From assembly GCA_964016885.1 (NCBI GenBank), contig OZ024746.1, positions 52,762,001-52,826,000 of the forward strand: a DNA stretch of 64,000 nucleotides, read 5' to 3'. The translations under genes were made by a program, and so were the position numbers. Under the pieces are notes generated by a model that searched no databases, was not told where the DNA came from, and saw only the letters and a list, made by a program, of their open reading frames with translations. Of this stretch, positions 54,171-64,000 are shown in pieces; the first letter of the stretch is position 1; every line of letters starts with the position of its first letter. Source of the stretch: Eledone cirrhosa. Lineage: Eukaryota.

Positions 54171-56259
54171 ATGGTAGTGTTGTTGTTGTTGTTATTGTAG
54201 TTAGAGGTTGCTGTGATGGTAGTGTTGTTGTTGTTATTGTAGTTAGTGGTTTCTGTGATGGTAGTGTTGTTGTTGTTGTTATTGTAGTTAGTGGTTTCTG
54301 TGATGGTAGTGTTGTTGTTGTTATTCTAGTTAGTGGTTGCTGTGATGGTAGTGTTGTTATTATTGTAGTTAGAGCTTGTTGAGATGGTAGTGTTGTTGTT
54401 GTTATTGTAGTTAGTGGTTTCTGTGATGGTAGTGTTGTTGTTGTTATTGTAGTTAGTGGTTGCTGAGATGGTAGTGTTGTTGTTGTTATTGTAGATAGAG
54501 GTTGCTGTGGTGGTAGTGTTGTTGTTGTTGTTATTGTAGTTAGTGGTTGCTATGATGGTAGTGTTGTTGTTGTTATTGTAGCTAGTGGTTGCTGAGATGG
54601 TAGTGTTGTTGTTGTTGTTATTGTTGTTAGTGGTTGCTGAAATGGTAGTGTTGTTGTTGTTGTTATTGTAGTTAGTGGTTGCTGTGATGGTAGTGTTGTT
54701 GTTGTTATTGTAGTTAGAGGTTGCTGAGATGGTAGTGTTGTTGTTGTTATTGTAGTTAGTGGTTGCTGTGATGGTAGTGTTGTTGTTGTTATTGTAGTTA
54801 GTGTTTGCTGAGATGGTAGTGTTGTTGTTGTTTTTATTATAGTTAGTGTTTGCTGAGATGGTAGTGTTGTTGTTGTTTTTATTGTAGTTAGTGGTTGCTG
54901 AGATGGTAGTGTTGTTGTTGTTGTTATTGTAGTTAGTGGTTTCTGTGATGGTAGTGTTGTTGTTGTTGTTATTGTAGTTAGAGGTTGCTGAGATGGTAGT
55001 GTTGTTGTTGTTGTTATTGTAGTTAGTGGTTTCTGTGATGGTAGTGTTGTTGTTGTTATTGTAGTTAGTGGTTGCTGAGATGGTAGTGTTGTTGTTGTTA
55101 TTGTAGTTAGAGGTTGCTGTGATGGTAGTGTTGTTGTTGTTGTTATTGTAGTTAGTGGTTTCTGTGATGGTAGTGTTGTTGTTGTTATTGTAGTTAGTGG
55201 TTGCTGAGATAATAGCGTTGTTGTTGTTGTTATTGTAGTTAGTGGTTGCTGAGATGATAGTGTTGTTGTTGTTGTTATTGTAGTTATTGTTTGCTGAGAT
55301 GGTAGTGTTGTTGTTGTTGTTATTGTAGTTAGTGGTTTCTGTGATGGTAGTGTTGTTGTTGTTGTTATTGTAGTTAGTGGTTGCTGTGATGGTAGTGTTG
55401 TTGTTGTTATTGTAGTTAGTGGTTGCTGAGATGGTAGTGTTGTTGTTGTTGTTATAGGTAGTTAGTGGCTGCTGAGATGGTAGTGTTGTTGTTGTTGTTA
55501 TTGTAGTTAGTGGTTTCTGTGATGGTAGTGTTGTTGTTGTTGTTATTGTAGTTAAAGGTTGCTGTGATGGTAGTGTTGTTGTTGTTATTCTAGTTAGTGG
55601 TTGCTGTGATGGTAGTGTTGTTGTTGTTGTTATTGTAGTCAGTGGTTTCTGTGATGGTAGTGTTGTTGTTGTTATTGTAGTTAGTGGTTGCTGAGATGGT
55701 AGTGTTGTTGTTGTTGTTATTGTAGTTAGTGGTTTTTGTGATGGTAGTGTTGTTGTTGTTGTTATTGTAGTTAGTGGTTGCTGTGATGGTAGTGTTGTTG
55801 TTGTTATTGTAGTTAGTGGTTGCTGAGATGGTAGTGTTGTTGTTGTTGTTATTGTAGTTAGTGGTTGCAGAAATGGTAGTGTTGTTGTTGTTGTTATTCT
55901 AGTTAGTGGTTGCTGTGATGGTAGTGTTGTTGTTGTTGTTATTGTAGTTAGTGGTTTTTGTGATGGTAGTGTTGTTGTTGTTGTTATTCTAGTTAGTGGT
56001 TGCTGTGATGGTAGTGTTGTTGTTGTTGTTATTGTAGTTAGTGGTTTCTGTGATGGTAGTGTTGTTGTTGTTATTGTAGTTAGTGGTTACTGAGATGGTA
56101 GTGTTGTTGTTGTTGTTATTGTAGTTAGTGGTTGCTGAGATGGTAGTGTTGTCGTTGTTGTTATTGTAGTTAGTGGTTGCTGTGATGGTAGTGTTGTTGT
56201 TGTTGTTATTGTAGTTAGTGGTTTCTGTGATGGTAGTGTTGTTGTTGTTATTGTAGTTA

Positions 56260-59200
56260 GAGATTGCTGAGATGGTAGTGTTGTTGTTGTTAGTGGTTGC
56301 TGTGATGTTAGTGTTGTTGTTGTTGTTGTAGTTAGTGGTTGATGTGATGGTATTGTTGTTATTGTTATTGTAGTTAGTGGTTGTTGTGATGGTAGTGTTG
56401 TTGTTGTTGTTGTAGTTAGTGGTTGATGTGATTGTAGTGTTCTTGTGGTTATTGTAGTTAGTGGTTGTTGTGATGGTAATGTTGTTGTTGTTGTTGTAGT
56501 TAGTGGTTGATGTGATGGTAGTGTTGTTGTTGTTATTGTAGTTAGTGGTTGTTGTGATGGTAGTGTTGTTGTTGTTGTTGTAGTTAGTGGTTGATGTGAT
56601 GGTAGTGTTGTTAGTGTTATTGTAGTTAGTGGTTGTTGTGATGGTAGTGTTGTTGTTGTCGTTGTAGTTAGTAGTTGTTGTGATGGTAGTGTTGTTGTTA
56701 TTGTTATTGTAGTTAGAGATTGCTGTGATGGTAGTGTTGTTGTTGTTATTGTAGTTAGTGGTTGCTGAGATGGTAGTGTTGTTGTTGTTTTTATTGTAGT
56801 TAGTGGTTGCTGAGATGGTAGTGTTGTTGTTGTTGTTATCGTAGTTTGTGGTTTCTGTGATGGTAGTGTTGTTGTTGTTGTTATTGTAGTTAGTGGTTGC
56901 TGAGATGGTAGTGTTTTTTTTGTTGCTATTTTAGTTATTGGTTTCGGTGATGGTAGTGTTGTTGTTGTTGTTATTGTATTTAGTGGTTGCTGAGATGGTT
57001 GTGTTTTTTTTGTTGCTATTGTAGTTAGTGGTTGCTGAGATGGTAGTGTTGTTGTTGTTGTTATTGTAGTTAGTGGTTGCTGTGATTGTAGTGTTGTTGT
57101 TGTTGTTATTGTAGTTAGTGGTTTCTGTGATGGTAGTGTTGTTGTTGTTGTTATTGTAGTTAGAGGTTGCTGAGATGGTAGTGTTGTTGTTGTTGTTATT
57201 GTAGTTAGTGGTTGCTGAGATGGTAGTGTTGTTGTTGTTGTTATTGTAGTTAGTGGTTGCTGTGATTGTAGTGTTGTTGTTGTTGTTATTGTAGTTAGAG
57301 GTTGCTGATATGGTAGTGTTGTTGTTGTTGTTATTGTAGTTAGTGGTTGCTGAGATGGTAGTGTTGTTGTTGTTGTTATTGTAGTTAGTGGTTGCTGAGA
57401 TGGTAGTGTTGTTGTTGTTGTTATTGTAGTTAGTGGTTGCTGAGATGGTAGTGTTGTTGTTGTTGTTATTGTAGTTAGAGGTTGCTGTGATGGTAGTGTT
57501 GTTGTTGTTGTTATTGTAGTTAGTGGTTTCTGTGATGGTAGTGTTGTTGTTGTTGTTATTGTAGTTAGTGGTTGCTGAGATAATAGTGTTGTTGTTGTTG
57601 TTATTGTAGTTAGTGGTTGCTGAGATGATAGTGTTGTTGTTGTTGTTATTGTAGTTAGTGGTTGCTGAGATGGTAGTGTTGTTGTTGTTGTTATTGTAGT
57701 TAGTGGTTGCTGTGATGGTAGTGTTGTTGTTGTTATTGTAGTTAGTGGTTGCTGAGATGGTAGTGTTGTTGTTGTTGTTATTGTAGTTAGTGGTTGCAGA
57801 AATGGTAGTGTTGTTGTTGTTGTTATTCTAGTTAGTGGTTGTGTGATGGTAGTGTTGTTGTTGTTGTTATTGTAGTTAGTGGTTTTTGTGATGGTAGTGT
57901 TGTTGTTGTTGTTATTCTAGTTAGTGGTTGCTGTGATGGTAGTGTTGTTGTTGTTGTTATTGTAGTTAGTGGTTTCTGTGATGGTAGTGTTGTTGTTGTT
58001 ATTGTAGTTAGTGGTTGCTGAGATGGTAGTGTTGTTGTTGTTATTGTAGTTAGAGATTGCTGAGATGGTAGTGTTGTCGTTGTTGTTATTGTAGTTAGTG
58101 GTTGTTGTGATGGTAGTGTTGTTGTTGTTGTTATTGTAGTTAGAGTTTGCTGAGATGGTAGTGTTGTCGTTGCTGTTATTGTAGTTAGTGGTTGCTGAGA
58201 TGGTAGTGTTGTTGTTGTTGTTATTGTAGTTAGTGGTTTCTGTGATGGTAGTGTTGTTGTTGTTATTCTAGTTAGAGATTGCTGAGATGGTAATGTTGTT
58301 GTTGTTGTTATTGTAGTTAGTGGTTGTTGTGATGGTAGTGTTGTAGTTAGTGGTTGATGTGATGGTATTGTTGTTATTGTTATTGTAGTTAGTGGTTGTT
58401 GTGATGGTAGTGTTGTTGTTGTTGTTGTAGTTAGTGGTTGATGTGATTGTAGTGTTCTTGTGGTTATTGTAGTTAGTGGTTGTTGTGATGGTAATGTTGT
58501 TGTTGTTGTTGTAGTTAGTGGTTTCTGTGATGGTAGTGTTGTTGTTGTTATTGTAGTTAGTGGTTGCTGAGATGGTAGTGTTGTTGTTGTTTTTATTGTA
58601 GTTAGTGGTTGCTGAGATGGTAGTATTGTTGTTGTTGTTATCGTAGTTTGTGGTTTCTGTGATGGTAGTGCTGTTGTTGTTGTTATTGTAGTTAGTGGTT
58701 GCTGAGATGGTAGTGTTGTTGTTGTTGCTATTGTAGTTATTGGTTTCGGTGATGGTAGTGTTGTAGTTGTTGTTATTGTAGTTAGTGTTTGCTGATGTGG
58801 TAGTGTTGTTGTTGTTGTTATTGTAGTTAGTGGTTTCTGTGATGGTAGTGTTGTTGTTGTTGTTATTGTAGTTAGTGGTTGCTGTGATTGTAGTGTTGTT
58901 GTTGTTGTTATTGTAGTTAGAGGTTGCTGAGATGGTAGTGTTGTTGTTGTTGTTATTGTAGTTAGTGGTTGCTGAGATGGTAGTGTTGTTGTTGTTGTTA
59001 TTGTAGTTAGTGGTTGCTGTGATTGTAGTGTTGTTGTTGTTGTTATTGTAGTTAGAGGTTGCTGAGATGGTAGTGTTGTTGTTGTTGTTATTGTAGTTAG
59101 TGGTTGCTGAGATGGTAGTGTTGTTGTTGTTGTTATTGTAGTTAGTGGTTGCTGAGATGGTAGTGTTGTTGTTGTTGTTATTGTAGTTAGTGGTTGCTGA

Positions 59201-61560
59201 GATGGTAGTGTTGTTGTTGTTGTTATTGTAGTTAGTGGTTGCTGTGATTGTAGTGTTGTTGTTGTTGTTATTGTAGTTAGAGGTTGCTGAGATGGTAGTG
59301 TTGTTGTAGTTAGTGGTTGCTGAGATGGTAGTGTTGTTGTTGTTGTTATTGTAGTTAGAGGTTGCTTAGATGGTAGTGTTGTTGTTGTTATTCTAGTTAG
59401 TGGTTGCTGTGATGGTAGTGTTGTTGTTATTATTGTAGTTAGAGGTTGCTGAGATGGTAGTGTTGTTGTTGTTATTCTAGTTAGTGGTTGCTGTGATGGT
59501 AGTGTTGTTGTTGTTGTTATTGTAGTTAGTGGTTTCTGTGATGGTAGTGTTGTTGTTGTTTTTATTGTAGTTAGTGTTTGCTGAGATGGTAGTGTTGTTG
59601 TTGTTGTTATTGTAGTTAGTGGTTTCTGTGATGGTAGTGTTGTTGTTGTTGTTATTGTAGTTAGAGGTTGCTGAGATGGTAGTGTTGTTGTTGTTGTTGT
59701 TGTTATTGTAGTTAGTGGTTTCTGTGATGGTAGTGTTGTTGTTGTTATTGTAGTTAGTGGTTGCTGAGATGGTAGTGTTGTTGTTGTTGTTATTGTAGTT
59801 AGAGGTTGCTGAGATGGTAGTGTTGTTGTTGTTATTGTAGTTAGAGGTTGCTGTGATGGTAGTGTTGTTGTTGTTGTTATTGTAGTTAGTGGTTTCTGTG
59901 ATGGTAGTGTTGTTGTTGTTGTTATTGTAGTTAGTGGTTTCTGTGATGGTAGTGTTGTTGTTGTTATTCTAGGTAGTGGTTGCTGTGATGGTAGTGTTGT
60001 TGTTATTATTGTAGTTAGAGCTTGCTGAGATGGTAGTGTTGTTGTTGTTATTGTAGTTAGAGGTTGCTGTGATGGTAGTGTTGTTGTTGTTGTTATTGTA
60101 GTTAGTGGTTTCTGTGATGGTAGTGTTGTTGTTGTTATTGTAGTTAGTGGTTGCTGAGATAATAGTGTTGTTGTTGTTGTTATTGTAGTTAGTGGTTGCT
60201 GAGATGATAGTGTTGTTGTTGTTGTTATTGTAGTTAGTGGTTTCTGTGATGGTAGTGTTGTTGTTGTTGTTATTGTAGTTAGTGGTTGCTGTGATGGTAG
60301 TGTTGTTGTTGTTATTGTAGTTAGTGGTTGCTGAGATGGTAGTGTTGTTGTTGTTGTTATAGGTAGTTAGTGGCTGCTGAGATGGTAGTGTTGTTGTTGT
60401 TGTTATTGTAGTTAGTGGTTTCTGTGATGGTAGTGTTGTTGTTGTTGTTATTGTAGTTAAAGGTTGCTGTGATGGTAGTGTTGTTGTTGTTATTCTAGTT
60501 AGTGGTTGCTGTGATGGTAGTGTTGTTGTTGTTGTTATTGTAGTTAGTGGTTTCTGTGATGGTAGTGTTGTTGTTGTTATTGTAGTTAGTGGTTGCTGAG
60601 ATGGTAGTGTTGTTGTTGTTGTTATTGTAGTTAGTGGTTGCTGAGATGGTAGTGTTGTTGTTGTTGTTATTGTAGTTAGAGTTTGCTGAGATGGTAGTAT
60701 TGTTGTTGTTGTTATTGTAGTTAGAGGTTGCTGAGATGGTAGTGTTGTTGTTGTTATTGTAGTTAGAGGTTGCTGAGATGGTAGTGTTGTTGTTGTTGTT
60801 ATAGGTAGTTAGTGGTTTCTGTGATGGTAGTGTTGTTGTTGTTATTCTAGGTAGTGGTTGCTGTGATGGTAGTGTTGTTGTTATTATTGTAGTTAGAGCT
60901 TGCTGAGATGGTAGTGTTGTTGTTGTTATTGTAGTTAGTGGTTTCTGTGATGGTAGTGTTGTTGTTGTTATTGTAGTTAGAGATTGCTGTGATGGTAGTG
61001 TTGTTGTTGTTGTTATTGTAGTTAGTGGTTGTTGTGATGGTAGTGTTGTTGTTGTTGTTGTAGTTAGTGGTTGATGTGATTGTAGTGTTCTTGTGGTTAT
61101 TGTAGTTAGTGGTTGTTGTGATGGTAATGTTGTTGTTGTTGTTGTAGTTAGTGGTTGATGTGATGGTAGTGTTGTTAGTGTTATTGTAGTTAGTGGTTGT
61201 TGTGATGGTAGTGTTGTTGTTGTCGTTGTAGTTAGTAGTTGTTGTGATGGTAGTGTTGTTGTTATTGTTATTGTAGTTAGAGATTGCTGTGATGGTAGTG
61301 TTGTTGTTGTTATTGTAGTTAGTGGTTGCTGAGATGGTAGTGTTGTTGTTGTTTTTATTGTAGTTAGTGGTTGCTGAGATGGTAGTGTTGTTGTTGTTGT
61401 TATCGTAGTTTGTGGTTTCTGTGATGGTAGTGCTGTTGTTGTTGTTATTGTAGTTAGTGGTTGCTGAGATGGTAGTGTTGTTGTTGTTGCTATTGTAGTT
61501 ATTGGTTTCGGTGATGGTAGTGTTGTAGTTGTTGTTATTGTAGTTAGTGTTTGCTGATGT
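56260..61560. repeat. Region holding three further rearranged copies of the diverged monomer block (~56260-57020, ~58275-58810, ~60980-61560)
   Basis: The GTTCTTGTGG marker is at 56442, 58457 and 61090, each followed by ATCGTAGTTTGTGG and TTTCGGTG. Confidence 0.85.
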
Positions 61561-64000
61561 GGTAGTGTTGTTGTTGTTGTTATTGTAGTTAGTGGTTGCT
61601 GTGATTGTAGTGTTGTTGTTGTTGTTATTGTAGTTAGAGGTTGCTGAGATGGTAGTGTTGTTGTTGTTGTTATTGTAGTTAGTGGTTGCTGAGATGGTAG
61701 TGTTGTTGTTGTTGTTATTGTAGTTAGTGGTTGCTGTGATTGTAGTGTTGTTGTTGTTGTTATTGTAGTTAGAGGTTGCTGTGATGGTAGTGTTGTTGTT
61801 GTTGTTATTGTAGTTAGTGGTTGCTGAGATGGTAGTGTTGTTGTTGTTGTTATTGTAGTTAGTGGTTGCTGAGATGGTAGTGTTGTTGTTGTTGTTATTG
61901 TAGTTAGTGGTTGCTGAGATGGTAGTGTTGTTGTTGTTGTTGTTATTGTAGTTAGAGGTTGCTGTGATTGTAGTGTTGTTGTTGTTGTTATTGTAGTTAG
62001 AGGTTGCTGAGATGGTAGTGTTGTTGTTGTTATTCTAGTTAGTGGTTGCTGTGATGGTAGTGTTGTTGTTATTATTGTAGTTAGAGGTTGCTGAGATGGT
62101 AGTGTTGTTGTTGTTATTCTAGTTAGTGGTTGCTGTGATGGTAGTGTTGTTGTTGTTGTTATTGTAGTTAGTGGTTTCTGTGATGGTAGTGTTGTTGTTG
62201 TTTTTATTGTAGTTAGTGTTTGCTGAGATGGTAGAGTTGTTGTTGTTTTTATTGTAGTTAGTGGTTGCTGAGATGGTAGTGTTGTTGTTGTTGTTATTGT
62301 AGTTAGTGGTTTCTGTGATGGTAGTGTTGTTGTTGTTGTTATTGTAGTTAGAGGTTGCTGAGATGGTAGTGTTGTTGTTGTTGTTGTTGTTATTGTAGTT
62401 AGTGGTTTCTGTGATGGTAGTGTTGTTGTTGTTATTGTAGTTAGTGGTTGCTGAGATGGTAGTGTTGTTGTTGTTGTTATTGTAGTTAGAGGTTGCTGTG
62501 ATGGTAGTGTTGTTGTTGTTGTTATTGTAGTTAGTGGTTTCTGTGATGGTAGTGTTGTTGTTGTTATTGTAGTTAGTGGTTGCTGAGATAATAGTGTTGT
62601 TGTTGTTGTTATTGTAGTTAGTGGTTGCTGAGATGATAGTGTTGTTGTTGTTGTTATTGTAGTTAGTGTTTGCTGAGATGGTAGTGTTGTTGTTGTTGTT
62701 ATTGTAGTTAGTGGTTTCTGTGATGGTAGTGTTGTTGTTGTTATTGTAGTTAGTGGTTGCTGAGATGGTAGTGTTGTTGTTGTTGTTATAGGTAGTTAGT
62801 GGCTGCTGAGATGGTAGTGTTGTTGTTGTTGTTATTGTAGTTAAAGGTTGCTGTGATGGTAGTGTTGTTGTTGTTATTCTAGTTAGTGGTTGCTGTGATG
62901 GTAGTGTTGTTGTTGTTGTTATTGTAGTTAGTGGTTTCTGTGATGGTAGTGTTGTTGTTGTTATTGTAGTTAGTGGTTGCTGAGATGGTAGTGTTGGTGT
63001 TGTTGTTATTGTAGTTAGTGGTTGCTGAGATGGTAGTGTTGTTGTTGTTGTTATTGTAGTTAGAGTTTGCTGAGATGGTAGTATTGTTGTTGTTGTTATT
63101 GTAGTTAGAGGTTGCTGTGATGGTAGTGTTGTTGTTGTTGTTATTGTAATTAGTGGTTTCTGTGATGGTAGTGTTGTTGTTGTTGTTATTGTAGTTAGTG
63201 GTTTCTGTGATGGTAGTGTTGTTGTTGTTATTCTAGTTAGTGGTTGCTGTGATGGTAGTGTTGTTGTTGTTATTGTAGTTAGTGGTTGCTGAGATGGTAG
63301 TGTTGTTGTTGTTATTGTAGTTAGTGGTTTCTGTGATGGTAGTGTTGTTGTTGTTATTGTAGTTAGTGGTTTCTGTGATGGTAGTGTTGTTGTTATTATT
63401 CTAGTTAGTGGTTGCTGAGATGGTAGTGTTGTTGTTGTTATTGTAGTTAGTGGTTTCTGTGATGGTAGTGTTGTTGTTGTTGTTGTAGTTAGTGGTTTCT
63501 GTGATGGTAGTGTTGTTGTTGTTGTTATTGTAGTTAGTGGTTGCTGAGATGGTAGTGTTGTTGTTGTTGTTATTGTAGTTAGTGGTTTCTGTGATGGTAG
63601 TGTTGTTGTTGTTATTGTAGTTAGTGGTTTCTGTGATGGTAGTGTTGTTGTTGTTGTTATTGTAGTTAGTGGTTGCTGAGATGGTAGTGTTGTTGTTGTT
63701 ATTGTAGTTCGTGGTTGCTGAGATGGTAGTGTTGTTGTTGTTGTTATTGTAGTTAGTGGTTGCTGAGATGGTAGTGTTGTTGTTGTTGTTATTGTAGTTA
63801 GTGGTTGCTGAGATGGTAGTGTTGTTGTTGTTGTTATTGTAGTTAGTGGTTGCTGAGATGGTAGTGTTGTTGTTGTTGTTATTGTAGTTCGTGGTTGCTG
63901 AGATGGTAGTGTTGTTGTTGTTGTTATTGTAGTTCGTGGTTGCTGAGATGGTAGTGTTGTTGTTGTTGTTATTGTAGTTCGTGGTTGCTGAGATGGTAGT

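Larger units (their letters stand above)
1..64000. repeat. Tandem satellite/minisatellite array, 42/45-bp monomer GATGGTAGT(GTT)4-5ATTGTAGTTAGTGGTTGCTG[A/T], running off both window edges
   Basis: Every line consists of this unit in the same orientation. Length variation lies almost entirely in the internal (GTT)n tract (n=3-7). The consensus 45-mer is 22 T, 16 G, 6 A, 1 C. Confidence 0.99.

Noticed and set aside
57839-58021. 60-aa plus-strand ORF
   Set aside because: Created by a 1-bp deletion at ~57841 and four TGT-type monomers. It is pure repeat translation.
1-64000. CRISPR array (constant ~30-bp segment plus variable segment)
   Set aside because: The variable part is only (GTT)n, not unique spacers. 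There is no palindrome, leader or cas gene.
1-64000. Single giant intact mucin or adhesin gene
   Set aside because: At least 25 frameshifting monomers and many in-frame TAG codons interrupt both candidate minus-strand frames. There is no signal peptide, anchor or folded domain in the window.
1-64000. Canonical telomerase-made telomere or strong G-quadruplex array
   Set aside because: There are no tandem TTAGG/TTAGGG units and G runs are almost all GG. Variants are inherited in multi-kb blocks, which indicates recombination or duplication rather than templated addition.
1-64000. Multiples-of-three length variation as proof of coding selection
   Set aside because: Slippage in a trinucleotide (GTT)n tract gives in-frame indels whether or not the sequence is translated.
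1-64000. Monomer order as an information-bearing code or antigenic-variation cassette system
   Set aside because: The order is adequately explained by nested tandem duplications. No recombinase, reverse transcriptase, expression site or inverted repeats are present.

Overview
The whole 64 kb window is one uninterrupted, head-to-tail tandem repeat array. I found no unique sequence, RNA genes, transposons or CRISPR spacers. The monomer is GATGGTAGT(GTT)n ATTGTAGTTAGTGGTTGCTG[A/T], mostly 42 bp (n=4) or 45 bp (n=5), giving roughly 1,450 copies (64,000/~44). The + strand is about 84% G+T, with one C per consensus 45-mer. Recurrent point variants act as markers and reveal nested higher-order duplications of 129 bp, 177 bp, ~3.1 kb, ~3.3-3.5 kb, ~5 kb, ~9.5 kb and ~11-14 kb. 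On the minus strand the consensus is open in two frames: a mucin-like Thr/Pro/Ser frame (TTITTTTTLPSQQPL)n and an Asn-rich frame (TTISATTNYNNNNNN)n. The commonest variants are silent in the Thr frame, and stop-free stretches reach ~2,440 codons. However, stop and +1 frameshift alleles have been amplified along with the array, so it cannot be one intact ORF. The best reading is a satellite/minisatellite array, probably eukaryotic and possibly derived from a mucin-like coding repeat. The sequence does not support a novel multi-gene system. All coordinates and counts were read by eye and are approximate.
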